A program made the translations under genes and the position numbers. A DNA stretch of 64,000 bases, taken from the NCBI RefSeq assembly GCF_018350175.1, contig NC_058368.1:232812001-232876000 (forward strand), in the 5' to 3' direction. This document shows, piece after piece, positions 34,647-48,594 of this stretch; positions within the stretch are counted from its first letter, which is position 1; the number at the start of each line of letters is the position of its first letter. The notes beneath the pieces are model-generated. The model was not told the origin of the DNA and did no database searches. It saw nothing but the letters and a program-made list of their open reading frames with translations. This stretch comes from Felis catus (Eukaryota).

Positions 34647-35639
34647 AGTAAACTCCCTAGAATTCTCCATATACAAGATCCTGTATATGGAAATAAAATA
34701 GAGATCGTTTTTCTTTTTCCTTTCAATTTTCTTGCATAATTGCCCTGTGAGACCTCCAATGGAGTGCTGAATAGAAGTAATGAACGTGAACATCCTTGTG
34801 TTGTTCCTGATCAAGGGGGAAGAAACATCAGTTCTTTCACCATTCAGACTGATATTGATCTGTTATTTTCATAGATACTCTGTCACATTGAGAAGGTTTC
34901 CTCCCAGTTTGAGTTTGTTGAGCATTATTATCATGAAAGGCTATGAATTATATGAAGTAACTTTTTGTATAAATCGATATGATCATGTTTCCTTTATCTT
35001 TATGTCTACTGACATAATGTACTACATTAATTAAGTTTTACATGTTACACCTGCCTTGCTTTCCTTGGGTAAAGTACACTTGGTCATGGTGTATAATCTT
35101 TTTTGCATGTTGCTGTATTTGGTTTGCTAGCATTTTGTTGAGGATTTTGGTGTCTATATTCATAAGCGATATTTGTAGTTTTCTTCAGATGTCTTTGTTT
35201 CAGTATGAGCCATCTCTTCTTTTTAAATAAACCTTCACCAAGGAAAAGTTGACTTGAGGATTCCCTCAAATAATAAAAGAAAGAGATTTGACAGACCTGG
35301 GAATAAGAGAGTGATGTACAACTATTAATACCTGCTGTTCCGATTTGGAACCTATTAGCATAAGTGGACTTTGTCCAAATCATCATGGGTCACTTAGTAC
35401 ATTTCCAGCATCCTTTCCACCAGTGTGCCTGCAGTCACTTGGGAAAACAGCTTTACAGTGATGCAGTGCAGTGATTAACAGTGGCTAACTCTAAAAATAA
35501 ATTCCTGGGATGTGCAAAACAATATTTTGTTCACTTGAATGTATATCACTGTAAGAAATCATATCTTTTTCTGTTTTCTTCTTCCCTCTCTCCCTGTCTC
35601 CATACCCTTTCCTTCTTCCTTCATTGCCTTGTCCTGCCC

Positions 35640-35859
35640 TCTCTTCCTTCCTTCCTTCCGTTCTACTTTCCTTCCTTCCTACCTTCCTTTCTTCCTCCTT
35701 CCTTCCTTCTTCCTTCCTTCCTTCCTTCCTTCCTTCCTTCCTTCCTTCCTTCCTTCTTCCTTCCTTCTTTCCTTCCTTCCCTCCTTTCTAGTGAAAGATA
35801 TAATTTCCAGTCTTCAAGAACAATTCCAATTAATTAACTAAATAAATAATGGAAGTAAG

Positions 35860-35905
<46 letters not shown>

Positions 35906-35935
35906 TTCCTTCCTTTCTTTCTTTCTTTCTTCTTG
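35640..35935. repeat. Polypyrimidine (CCTT)n and (CTTT)n microsatellites
   Basis: ccttccttcc run at about 35640-35785; ctttcttt run at about 35860-35935. Confidence 0.95.
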
Positions 35936-36722
35936 ATTAGTTCAAAAAATAGCTGCAGAATAATCCTACAGTGACCACTTTTTATGTTAAATCATAGCAT
36001 TTTACCCATATTTTGTAAACATAACAATGAACCAAAATATATATTATACAACTTATATCCTGTCATTTTTAATTGGAATTTTCCTTACTAAAGGACATTC
36101 CTGAGGATCATAGTAGATAACCCCAAAATTGTCATAAACATTAATACTAGATTATTGTAATGCTTCAATTATAGAAATGATGTTTCTGGGAGTAGGTGAG
36201 CAATGAGAGGCGTGTTTTTGTGTGTGATTCTTTCAGATATACCTTTCGATTTAGTAATACCTCCTCAGAGAAGCCGAGAGCATGAACTTTGCTAATGAGA
36301 TGTTTATGAGCAATCAATGCAGCCTTTACTTAACTAGCTACCTGGAGACAAGAGTACATGAAATTATAATTATGAAGGAACTGATCCTTGGAGACCGAAT
36401 AAAAGTCAATACAAAGAAACAAGTATTTTTCGATTTCCTATGTTGGCCAACCCTAATTAGTGCTGAATAATTGCTGGATGGTGGAGGTGGATAGAAAGCA
36501 GCTAGCTGCTAATCCGCCTACTATCCATTGTTATCATTTATTTTAAGTAGTTCAAACTTAAAAAAAATAATATTTAGGTGGAAAACCTAATGTACATATT
36601 TATATATGTATTTAATGTATTGAACATGTAAGGGACACTTTTGAGATTAAAACAATATTCAGGTTATAGTTCTAATTACCCGATTTTCCTCCAAATCCTG
36701 AGCCATAGAAGAATATAATAAA

Positions 36723-37865
36723 TAATCTAGTGAAGAAATGGGCAGAGGACATGATTAGACAATTTTCCAAAGAAGACATCCAGATGGCCAACCGACACAT
36801 GAAAAAATGCTCAGCATCACTCATCATCAGGGAAGCACAAATCAAAACCACAATGAGATACCACCTCTCACTTGTCAGAATGGCTAAAACTAACAACCCA
36901 GGAAACAACAGATTTGGTGAGGATGTGGAGAAAGGGGGACACTTTTACACTGTTAGTGGGAATGCAAACTGGTGCAGCCACTCTTGAGAACAGTGTGGGG
37001 GCTCCTCAAAAAATTAAAAATAGAACTCACTATGACCCAGCAATTACCCTACTAGGTATTTATCCAAAGGATACAAAAATGCTGATTCAAAGGAGCATAT
37101 GCACCCAAATGTTTATAGCAGCGCTACCAAGAATAGCCAAATTGTGGGAAAAGCCCAAATGTCCATCCACTGATGAATGGATAAAGATGTGGTACATACA
37201 TACAATGGAATACTACACAGCGACCAAAAAGAATGAAATCTTGCCATTTGCAACAGCATGGATGGAACTAGAGTGTATTACGCTAAGCAAAATAAGTCAG
37301 TTAGAGAAAGACAAATATTATATGATTTCACTCACATGTGGAATTTATTTTTTTTTTATTTTTTTTACATGTTTATTTATTATTGAGAGACAGAGAGACA
37401 CAGAGCATGATCAGGGAGGGGCCGAAAGATGGAGAGACACAGAATCTGAAACAGGTTCCAGGCTCTGAGCTGTCAGCACAGAGCCCGATGCGGGGCTCGA
37501 ACTCACACACCCCAAGATCATGACCCGAGCTGAAGTCGGATCCTTAACCGACTGAGCCACCGAGGTGCCTGTCACATGTGGAATTAAAAAAATAAAACAG
37601 ATGAACACAGGGGAAGGGAAGGAAAAATAAAATAAGATAAATACAGAAAGGGACGCAAACCATAAGAGACACTTAAATACAGAAAAGAAACTGAGGGTTG
37701 CCAGAGGGGAGGTGGGCAGGGGATGGGCCAGATGGGTGACGGGTATTAAGGAAGGCACCTGTTGAGCACTGGGTGTTACATGTAAGTGACGAATCACTGG
37801 GTTCTGCTCCTGAAACCAATACCACACTATACATTAGCTAATCTGAATTTAAATTAAAAAAATAA
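36723..37865 (+). mobile_element. 5'-truncated carnivore L1 (ORF2 C-terminus plus 3' UTR), interrupted by a SINE
   Basis: ORFs [27 protein letters not shown] and [25 protein letters not shown]; 14-bp flanking direct repeat aagaatataataaa at 36709-36722 and 37899-37912. Confidence 0.96.
37346..37569 (-). mobile_element. CanSINE nested in L1
   Basis: TSD tcacatgtggaatt at 37332-37345 and 37572-37585. Confidence 0.96.
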
Positions 37866-39502
37866 CAAAGTACTTAATAGGATATCACTCAAAAGGAAAA
37901 GAATATAATAAAACCAATGAAATACACAACGCTTTCAGAATTAAAATTGATTTGAGAGAGAGGAAAAGGAAATTTGGGCAACAAAGAAGATTTATTTCTT
38001 AAACTAGTAAATATGTTTTCAAACATTGCCTATAATTAGTAAGACACACTTAAAGTAATATTGGCTGGAGTCCAGTAGAAGTTGGTATAAATTATCACAA
38101 ATTAGCCTAAATGCTTTTATGGACAACATTTTTTCATGTAATTTTGCCAACGTGAGAACTTTTACTAGTTAATTACCTGAATGCCTAAATATCTTTCTGG
38201 AATTTTGGAGAAAAACTCTGACCCTGAGTATTCTAATTATTTTCTAAGCTTAATTGCTGGGATTTAAAGCTTCATTCTGAGACTCATTGATACGAACATT
38301 TAATTAATTTTTAAAGTCTGACCTTGACTATACCAAAAGAACTCTGGCTCAACATTAGAAATAGTGTCACCCACAGTGGCCTTGACTTGTCCTTGGTAAA
38401 TTGGGTCTTTAAAGGCAATATTCACAATGAACTGCTGCTCTTTGAGTTAAAGTATACATTTTTTCTTTCAATTAGAAATTGTATGGATTACACAAGGTTA
38501 GCACTTTAAAACATATTTGTGGGCAACATTGATGTATTTCTGCGTGGACTGGATAAGAGCCAGTTGTCTTGGTGTTTCCTGAATTGCTGTCCTGTGGTGA
38601 TATGCCTGGCAGTTTGTCTTCAGGAATCTCTAACTTTTGAAGGTGGGTCCTTAACCCGCACTTCCGGGTTCCTCAGATTCCTTCCGGGCCTTGGGCACAG
38701 AGCATGCTGGGAGAAAGAAGATGCAGGCTCAGGGCCGGCTCATCTCACCCTGGCTCTGGACTCTCTCCTAGTTTTAGTGACAGAGCCTTTGACATCTCTC
38801 CCGAGCGGTGATCCAGTCTTTTCTCCAGTGTCTGGGTTTTGTCCTGTGTCCTCTGACACATGGCCCTCCCAGGAATCAGGGGGCTGCTCGTGGACCCTGA
38901 GGCTGGCCCTGCCCCATCTCCAGACAAGAACCTGTTGTCCCTCGCCCCTGGTCCCGTGTTTCCTGCTGTCTTATTGGGACCCTCACCATGGCCTTCAATG
39001 TATAACTGGTTTTAGGCTTTGACTGTCTCTCAAAGAGTCAAGTCTTAGTTATGGAAAAACAGTGTATTTTGTTAGGACTCATAACGTGCCTTCTTCGTGA
39101 TTGAGAACTGGGCTGGGATGCCACGTAGATCACAAACTAAACCCATGGAAGATTCGGAGAGCCACACTGGAAAGTCAGTGTGGAAGCCAGAAGGCTGAAG
39201 GGGCCTGGAATCTGCCCGTCAGTGTGGGGCCTATGATCTCAGAAGTGTCACGGGGAGAGCCCATTTCCCTACACGGGGACATTTGAGAATACATGTCACA
39301 CCTACCCGTTGGATCCAGCTAAGGCTTTCCTGCCCCTCGGATATTTGGTTCCTTATCTCAGCTCTCCCCACAATTTCTGTTAAGGGGTCTCCGGTCTTAC
39401 ATTCTTAGAGCCCTATGTTCAGGTGGGATGTGTTTCTCTCAGGGTCAAACAAACACAAACTCAGTCCCTTTATTCATTTCTGCATTTAAAAAATAAATTG
39501 CA

Positions 39503-39720
39503 GGGTTCCTGGGTGGCTCAGTCAGTTAAGCGTCCGACTTCGACTCAGGTCATGGTCTCACGGACTGTGGGTTCGAGCCCCGGGTTGGGCTCTGTTCTGA
39601 CAGCTCAGAGCCTGGAGCCTGCTTTGAGTTCTGTCTCCTTCTCTCTCTGCTCCTCCTCCATTTACTCTCTCTCTCCCTCTCTCTCTCTCTCTCAGAAATA
39701 AATAAACATTAAAGAAAATG
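39503..39720 (+). mobile_element. CanSINE
   Basis: gggttcctgggtggctcagtcagttaagcgtccgacttcg...aaataaataaacattaaa. Confidence 0.95.
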
Positions 39721-42700
39721 TAGAAAGTTAATTACAGGAAGCATCACATGAGTATGAAAATTGTTGTTGAGGGTTCTGTGGTGGAATCATTCTGACATCT
39801 CACTGGCTTCCTCTTTCTCTGTTCCTTTCACCAGGAGGGTACCAAACTACTCCTCTGGCTCACACAGAGTCTCTTCTCTCGTCTGACCCCCTGATCCAAC
39901 CAACATTCACACCCTGGTTGGAAGGGTCCCAAGTCACATACAGTTCAAGGTGTCCTGTGGAAAGGGTAGTGCTCTTCTAAAGATCTCTGCTGTGAATCGG
40001 TTTGTCTGCTCCCTCAGATCCCTCTGTCCCTCTGTTTGTCATCAACACAAACCCTTATCTGAATGTATTTACTTCTAAACGTAGCTTCCTATTTCGTGAC
40101 CGTGTGTATGTGTCTCTGAGTGTGTGCATGTTCATAGGACGTGATCCAAGTGATGCGGGTCTCGGCTACATTAAACTGTAATTTGGCAAGGATCACAACT
40201 TTCATCTTATATGTATCTTTCCACTTTTAAGAAAGTTATCTGTATTAAATATTGGATACGTAATAAATATGGAGTAAATAGATGTGTTGGCCAAGGGCAA
40301 CAACGGTAACATGAAAACTCCACATTACCCACTAACCAGCTTCAATTCTAGGCCCTCCCCCTGGGCCTTTCACATGTGCCTTGAACCCTCTTACACTTGT
40401 CCCGGATAACCAGTCTCCCGTGATGTTTGCTATTCCCAAGCTGTCTTTTATCATTTTGCAAAATAAATCTGTAACTCCAGCAACTCTCAGTTCCACGTGG
40501 TGTGGCCTAGAGGCAGATGGAAAGGCATGGCATTATGGTTTTGTTCTGTGACTTGGCGTTCCCATTACTTCTGTGAGATTTATCATGTGTGCGCAGATAA
40601 TTAAGGTTTCTTCGTCGTCACCACTACAGAGCATACCTCTGTATTCCTGAATTCCACGTTCTCACGCCGAGCGGCATTTAGGTTGTTTACATTTGTGTGT
40701 GTGATTAAAAATGGTGTTGCTATGACCATGTCTGTCTACATCTCCTGGGGCAGAGGTTTCTCCAGCTTAGGGCTTCCCCATCATGGCAACCATAGAAATG
40801 GGCATTACTGGTGTGAGTCAGTGGGAAGCAAATAAAGCCACCTGTGATGGTCTCAAGAATAGAAACCTTCTCCAAGAGTGGACAAGATCAATGTCTTGGT
40901 GTACTTGACTTCTACTTCTGGATGAGGGATTGAGAACCTGCGCTCTTAGCGTGGAGATGCTCGTTCGTCGTGTACATGACTCTTCAGCTCTGCTACGGTA
41001 TTCAAAATGATTGTCCAAAGTCTCTTTGCAAATCTCAGGACTTCCATTACACTTGACCCAACTAGTTACATCATGAAAACACACACAAGATGGGATGTTT
41101 CTGTGACTTTGAAGAGGCCGGAAAGGACAGATATGATGATTCCCTAGCTCCAACCCAACGCACCACCCTTCTAGGTAACGCTGAGCCTCACATGTCCACA
41201 AGACAAGGCCCCAGTCTTCCATATTTTGGTCACGGCTTCATCCATCCTTCATGTTTCCATAGTTCCTTTCTCTGCCTGGCAAATGCCTCTCCGTCCTTCG
41301 AGGTCCAGTTTAAAAGTGTAGGCTCTCCCTTCTCCATCCTCCCCCCAAAGACGGGTTATGCGTTTGCAGGCTCTGGAAGCGCTGTCTTCACTCCATTTTC
41401 CTAATGGTGCACAGAGTCCTGTGTGACCCTTCCCTCCTTCCTGCCAGGCTCAGGGCCAGCATAAGGGCGGGAGGAGGAGGGTAGGACACTGAAGCAGCCA
41501 GAACCCCTTCGAAAGCCACAGTCTGTTTGTACTTAGACTAGAAAAGCATGGAAACTAAAATTCCAGACTTACAAGTGAGTGCAATCATTCACCGTAGCTC
41601 ACACGTCCAGGTGAAAAGAAAGCCCTCCAGGTGACTCACTCCCTCCAACCAGAGGAAATCGCTGTGCCCAGATCCAAATATCTTAGAAGTTTCTAAGTGT
41701 GATATTTTAGTAGCAAAAGCAGCTAAACCAGAGCATGACCCAAAGTATGTGCTCAACAGATACTCACTAAATGAATGAACGAACTAATCAGTATTTGTGT
41801 CTGAGGGCCAATGGTTGGCAGTCCTGAGACAGGAGGTAATGGAAGGACGGTACCTCCTGAACAGCCTACCTGCAAACGTGAGCAACCTGTGTGCCACCCC
41901 CCCCCCCATTGTCACAAAGCAGCCGTGCCCTTGACATGTGAGGAAACCAGAAGGGCTCTAGCCCTGGTCAGAGGCTGTTCCAGAGCTGCTCAGCGATGTT
42001 GCAGAGACTCCAGATGCGGGGGGGGGGGGGGTGGGGGGGGGTGGGGAGAGAACATGGGCATATAGGGGGTTCATTTGTGCAGGGACAGATGGGGAATGAT
42101 GGAAGAGCGATGGCAGGTGAGCAGGACTGGCCAGGTCTGTGTGACGTTCCCATCACAGGCACATTACATAGTTTGGGTTCTGCAGAGACAGTCCTGTCCT
42201 GCTCACATACACGAAGCTGTCGGATGTCCCTCAACATTTCCACGTGGTCACACGTCTTGGATGTCATCCCATTCTCTGAACACGGCCAAGCTCTTTACGT
42301 ACCTGTTACTTGCATGGTTAATAAACAAGCATGGACAGAAGACATATTATTGACTAGGTTAAGTTCAGAATACACTAGAAACATAAAACATGCTTCCTAA
42401 CTTTAAGGCATTTGAAATTATGGTGTTCGGGGTGGATATATGTGACCATAAGAAGTCACTGCAGAATGGTGTAATTGTGTGTTAGGTGTAACTGTGTAGG
42501 TGACGGTTAGTGCACTAAGGAGTTCAGACGAGGAGAGAATTGTTATGAGCTGGAGGGATGGGAAAGAGTATGAAGTGTGGGGGAAAATGTAAACTTCAGT
42601 TCCAGAAAAAGCTGAGATCGTATCCCTCCTCCACCTATTATACGCTATGTGACATTAGTAAGTTCCTAGATATTTATAAGTCTCAGTGGCAGTAGAGTCA

Positions 42701-42899
42701 AATAGTAATCACAATAACTCTTCTGCAACATTTTAAATGAAAATAAAAGAGGCGATGCATACAGAGTGCCCGTTACCTACAAGTTTAGGTTCAAACACCT
42801 TCCGTCACTGAACCACTGGCTTTTTCTGGATTTGTAAGTCTTTGCTGCATTTGCATTGCTGCTGTGTTTTCCCGGCTCTCCTCATCTGAGCATCCTACT

Positions 42900-43320
42900 G
42901 GAGTCTGGGCTCTCCTGGATGTAGATACTGGGACAGGACATGAGAGGTTTTAGGGGGAGTAACACCTGCGGGAAATAAAAGAAGGAAGCAGGATTGGGCA
43001 GGAGAGTCTTCAGATCATGGCACAGACCTGTCAGAAGGCTCTCCTAGCACAGTGGGTCTTTGAGCAAATTTTTCTCTTGTAGAAATTGAGTAGAAATGGC
43101 TGGGACCTTGACCTCCTGCCTTGCTCAGCTGTTGGATGTGGGCGTCTCTGAGAAGAACATGCCCGTGGCTACCACTACCTTCCTCGGGCTGTGGACTTCC
43201 CTGAGAACATGTTGACCTCATTGGAAAGGCAAGGCAGTCCCTGAAAGAGTAAATAGCTCAAGGCTGTCACTTGACCATAGTCTTTGAGGCTGGGAGAAGA
43301 TTAGGAGTCCTGCCTCATAT
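42900..43320 (-). mobile_element. Old ERVL LTR remnant (LTR16-like)
   Basis: ggaagcaggattgggcaggagag..cagatcatggcacagacctg..agaaatggctggg..gctcagctgttggatgtggg resembles the recalled LTR16 family. Confidence 0.5.
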
Positions 43321-43515
43321 ACTTCCATGCCTGCTCCTCGAATTTCGGAACATGTAGAATCTCTCCAAAAGTACTCTATGGGACTTTCAATCTTCCAAAG
43401 TATATGGCTTATTACTTGGGACCAAATGAGATGTTGAAGAAAATGGGATTAATTATCTACTCATTAATTTTACATCACCCATAATTCTCTTAATATTGTC
43501 CCATGATGTAGACAT

Positions 43516-43700
43516 CAGTAGTTCTCATCTATGGCTCCACATTACCCTCACCTTGACAGGTTTTAGAAAATACCAATGCCCTTGTTCTACCTGGACAAAT
43601 TAAATCATGCCTGTGCAGATGAAAGCAAGACCCAGCCATTTATAATATTTAATAGCCCCATAAGTGAGTCTAATGTGTAGCCTGGTAGAAGGTCCATGAC
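43516..43700. mobile_element. hAT-Charlie MITE (MER5-like)
   Basis: cagtagttctca...aattaaatca...ccccataagtgagtctaatgtgtagcc. Confidence 0.6.
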
Positions 43701-44019
43701 ATCTACTAATGACTTATATGGAGCTACTTGTTAAAGTAGGGAAAGAAGAGCTTCTAGAATAGAAGGAGGGTGTTTGGCCATGACATCCTCTCCTTCTTCC
43801 TCACCAGCATCATGACAATGGCTCAAGGACAGTTAATGCTCCCTGTGGTCCAGGCACCATGCTAAGCCCTTTCCATATAGTAGCTCAAAGGGCTTAGGGA
43901 AGTTAACAGATAGGTCACCATGTCTCAAGGCTCATCTACCACTGACCTTACTGTTACCATCTTTGGTGATGTGGATTGGAGTCAACTGCCCCTAACAGTT
44001 GGTCAGAGAATCATCCGAG

Positions 44020-44178
44020 GTCACTCGTGTTAGATTTACCTAGAGGTCTTTTTAACAATTTCGGTCTTCAACCCCATGACAAGCCTCCTGAATCCCATTG
44101 TCAGAGGTTGGACCTGGAATTTCCATGTCAGCAATCTTACTGAGTAACCTTTGTAGTCATTGAAATTTGAGAACCAGT
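44020..44178. mobile_element. hAT-Charlie MITE remnant (MER5-like)
   Basis: Ends aatttgagaaccagt; internal ctgaatc..ggacctggaat. Confidence 0.5.
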
Positions 44179-46547
44179 CCGCTATACCTATAGCTCTCCT
44201 GTCATGTCTGCCTTTTCACATGTCTGTCCTTGTCCCCACTTCACTTCTGCTTCTCACCTCCCAGGTGACTTTCAGTTGAATGGACAGAAAGAGGGGCACA
44301 TAGCAATTTAGGGGAAACCTGTGTACTCTGAACACTTAAAGTTGTCAAAACAGGTGATAACATTTTTAATGTGATCACTCTTCTTCTATTCTTTAGTAAT
44401 AACCAGGAAGATTGAAAGATCAGAGTTCGACCCTTAGCTTAATGATTGACTTTCTTCAGGTGAAATCTTCATGTATTCATTCCACCAGCTTTCACTGACA
44501 GCCTACCGCAAAAATAAAGGTATCACGGGCGAGAATAAGACTCAGCACTTGACCTCCAGGAAAGCTCATATCGTACAAGGAAAGATAGACACTTTCTACA
44601 GATTACTCAATGCACGGTCCTAATTGAAGTCAGACTAACCTTCCATGAGCCCAGAGATTTGGGAGCACTTACCTGGCACAGGAGGGCCAGAAACACTTCT
44701 TCCTTCCAGAGGAGAAGCATGAGACCTGGCTCTCATGGAGATGGTTGCCTGGTGGAGAAGGTATGGGAAGGCAGAGACTGTGCAAAATGTGTAGCATAGA
44801 AAAGCATGGGATGTTCTGGAAAGGGTGAGAAGTGTAAGTTAGCTGCTTTTGTGGGTGGACAGACAGGAGATGAGGCTAAAAGAAAGGATGGGCCAGACTA
44901 AAATATTTATAGTAACAAAAGAATTCAAGATTTCAGGGGCATGGTCATGTTTGAGCCAATGGAAGGAAACACAGGTCAGTTTTGAAAATGGTGAGTTCCG
45001 GTTGCATGTGGTTGGTCTGACAGTCATTTGAAAATTTTTCTTTGAAACTAAAGAGAAAGGTTTGGGTCAGTAATAGAGACCTCAACACAGTTTTGAAGCC
45101 ACAGGAATGGATAAGGTCACACCCGAAGAGTGTACGTGGAAACCCTACCAGATAGCTTGGATCGCTCGTAATTAGTATAACGTAGCAATTCAGAAAAATG
45201 ACATTTTGATTTTCTTATTCCACCGAGTAGACAGCTCCCTTTTTTTCTTTTAAATTAGTGTACTGTAAAAGTGCTTAGCATAGATTTTTCTCAACCATCC
45301 CGACTCACACTAATGGGACCAGACGTAGTGTAAATTTCACCAGTGGGGTGCGAGGCTGATTTAGAATCTGTGTTCCTGCCTGGTGACTGTCAGAGAAGGG
45401 CGGCCGACACTGCCAGCTGGGTGACTGTTTTGTAATTTAGATACGATAAATCTAAAGGCAAGTAATCTCCCTTCAGAACCTTGAATTGCCTCCTTAGCAG
45501 AATAATCTTCCATCTAGTTGGAGTTACATTTAAGCTACAGAACGGGATGAGAGCTTGGAAACGACACTCAGAGGACTCGATTGTGCTCTCGTTTTAAGTA
45601 GAATTTGGTTTCCATTCACAGAAAATGTCGTGGCAAATTTCTCTGAAAGTTTCAGCCCACGATTTTGCGTACTCAAAGGAGTGTGCGGTCTGGTGTGGTT
45701 TTCTGTAAGGCAGTAGACGTTGCGGGGATTGAGGCAGGATCTCCCCTCCAGCTTTGGGTGTGGTGAGGACGGACAGAGGCAGGAGCCTGTTCGGTTTAGA
45801 CGACACTTGAGTAGGGCTTATAATCCATGAGCTGGAAGTGGCAAGACAATAATACTAGAGGATTCTTACACAATGTGCCCCGCGTGCCAGGCACCGTTCA
45901 AGCCCTCTGCCCAGAGAAGCTCACCGCGTGGCCCCCAACCTGTGAGCTGGACCCCAGGGTGAAGGAGACACAGAGGGTGACTGGCCTGCTCTTGGCCAGG
46001 TGGCCTGCAAGTGTTGGAGTCGGGAGTCTAACCCGGGCCGTGGGGCCCCAGGGTCCACACTCTGAACCCTGTGCTCTGCTCGAACACCTACCGTGTGCCA
46101 GGCACCGTTGCAGATGCCAGCGAGATCACAGTGACGAAGACCAGCTACATCCTCCAGGACCACCGTCCCTGGAACTTCTCAACCCAGGGCGAGATGTGGG
46201 AATATGGTTTAAAATAATACTTAGGGGTAGAAGAATGTCGCATACAATTTATGACTAAGAGGCTTCAACTGGCTAACGTATTCTTTTGGGGGGGGGTGGA
46301 AATTAGCCAGTAGCTGAATCTGATAAACGGAGTTAATTAAAATTTCCTATTCAGGCATTCGCTGGCCAAAACCTGTTGTCTTTGAACCCTCCTTTACTCT
46401 ATAAATGTAACGCTGAGCGCCCAGCGCCAAGACCAAAGTCATTCCCTGGTTCAATTACAAGTTAAGAGCAAGAACTTTCAGAATATGTTAGCTATCTGCT
46501 ACTTGGGGATAATGACCGGCTGAACTGATGAACCTCCAGAATGATGT

Positions 46548-46561
46548 GTTGCTATGGCAAC
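46548..46561. promoter_or_regulatory. Candidate RFX X-box
   Basis: GTTGCTATGGCAAC fits the near-palindromic X-box consensus GTTGCCATGGCAAC/GTNRCYATRGNAAC; lies in non-repetitive sequence. Confidence 0.5.
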
Positions 46562-46989
46562 ATGCTGCCCGGTGAGTGGCAAAGGGCATTTCATCGTTAC
46601 CTCACTGATAATGCTTGCAAAGGTAACAAATGCAAACGCAAGAGGTTTCCCTTTGCTCTACAGCGACTCTGGGTCGATGAGACAACCACTCAAAATATCT
46701 GTCGGATACAGCAGCAAGGAACAAAACGGAAACACACATAATGCCTGCACAGACCCTACAGGATTTGAAATAAAGTAATCGAGCATTCTGGGTTAGCAGC
46801 CTTGGTGTCTACAATGAATCTCCATGCCTTGCCAAAAATGACCACTGTTGGGGGGGGGGGGGGCTATGTCTTTCATATGCAGGTATAATTTCCTCACAAC
46901 ATTCAGTGCACAAAAAGCATAAATGTGCCCTTGAACTGTACCAAAAGTTAAGAGGAAAAATGAAAAGAAGAAAAAGTTTAAAAAAAAAG

Positions 46990-47750
46990 TTGATCTCTCA
47001 TACATTGGTGGTGGGAATCTAAAATGATACAGCCACTGTGGATAATAATTTGGCACTTTCTAGCACAAGTAAACCTACACTGGCCATATCGCCCGGCTAT
47101 TTCACTCCTGGGCATGTATCCCAAAGAAATGAAGTCTATTTCCATATAATACGTGCACATGATTGTTCTTACCAGTTTCATCGGAAATAGTCCAAAGCTG
47201 AAAAGCAATAATAAACGTCCCTCCGTAGGTGAATGATTGAGCATGCCATGGTACCGCCATACCAGGGAATATCATTCCGCAACATGAAGGAATCAACTAC
47301 TAAGGCAGACAACGGCTTGGATGGATGTCCAGGGCATTACATGCAGTGAAAAAGCCAATCTCCAAAGGTTCTATGCCATGCGATTCCATGTCTATAACGT
47401 TCTCAAAATTGCAACATCATAAAGAGGGAAACTAGATTAGTGATGACCATCAGTTAGGGACCGTGGTAGAGAGGAAGGCGACACAAAGGAGATCTTTATG
47501 GTGACAAAATGAGTCTGTATCTTGACTACGGTCGCGGTTACACAAAATTTCACAAAGGATGATAATTATATGGAACTAGGCACGTACGTTGTAGCAATGT
47601 CACTGTTCTGGTGTCTACGTTCTACCATAATCATGTAACATGTAACCATTGGAGGGAAACTCGATGAAGGGTACTTGAGACCCCCCTATATCCTCTTTCC
47701 AACTTTCCGTAAACCTATAATTATTTCAATGAAGAGAAGTTCTAAAGTAA
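46990..47750 (+). mobile_element. Old L1 (L1MC-like) 3' end
   Basis: tacattggtggtgggaatctaaaatgatacagccactgtgg; cactcctgggcatgtatcccaaagaaatgaa; tgtaaccattggagggaaact..gaagggtac. Confidence 0.85.
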
Positions 47751-48214
47751 AAGCAAGCAGGCCTTACTCTCATGTCGGAAGGTTAGTCAGGATCATTTTA
47801 TTTCCCTCGCTGCATTTCAGAACAAGTGAGACAGAAGCTACGTGGCCAAAGAAAAGTAGCGACCAAAGAAAAGTTGTGACCTCTCGTTAAAATAAGCTCT
47901 ACAAAGTAAACAGACAAAAATCAGAAGGACTCCTCTCTAATGATCGTGATTGCTTTGTGGCAACGCATCAGCTTCTGAAACAATCGGACAATGATGGATC
48001 GCATACTCTCTCACAGGACATTGGTCACTTTCTTGTGGGCACGTAGTCCACAGGTGGTGCCAGGTGACGAGTCAGGAGCTGGCTTCAGGTCCAGGGCCAC
48101 ATTCCCTGTCTGGACGACCGTGAGCCATTAGTTAACCTTTGGGGCCCTGGGTTGTCTTACGGGCAATAGAAGGTCTAGTGCGGGGATTTCCAAACATTTT
48201 TAGAGAGGGAAGAT

Positions 48215-48433
48215 TTTTTTTTTAATTTTTAATGTTTATCTATTTTTGAGAGAGAGAGAGAGGCAGAGAGAGACAGAGAGACAGAGAGAGCGTGAGTGGG
48301 GGAGAGGCAGAGAGAGAGGGAGACACAGAATCAGAAGCAGGCTCCAGGCTCTGAGCCATCAGCCCAGAGCCCGACGCGGGGCTCGAACTCATGAACGGTA
48401 AGATCGTGACCTGAGCTGGAGTTGGAGCCACCC
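48215..48433 (-). mobile_element. CanSINE, 5' end partly deleted
   Basis: Typical body; degenerate TSD tagaga(g/t)ggaa. Confidence 0.94.
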
Positions 48434-48594
48434 TAGAGATGGAATCTTGTATTCAAAGAAATGTTAAGACACTTTTCAATGTGTGAAATGCACTCAAATG
48501 AAGCTTGCCTCGCTGTGAATCACTCCACTGTTTGGTTGTGAGTACCAGGTTCTCTGGGGCAGCAAGAGGGCACCTCTGTACCTCTCCAAGGTCT

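Larger units (their letters stand above)
32750..35200 (-). mobile_element. Old L1 (L1M) ORF2/3' region, fragmented, hosting a Tigger MITE and two SINEs
   Basis: atttgcaaatattttcttccattt; cagcaccatttgttgaaaaga; ttccatatgaattttaagatc; ttgctagcattttgttgaggatttt are antisense L1 ORF2 hallmarks. Confidence 0.88.

Noticed and set aside
35481..35841. LPSF-repeat ORFs
   Set aside because: Translations of the (CCTT)n microsatellite.
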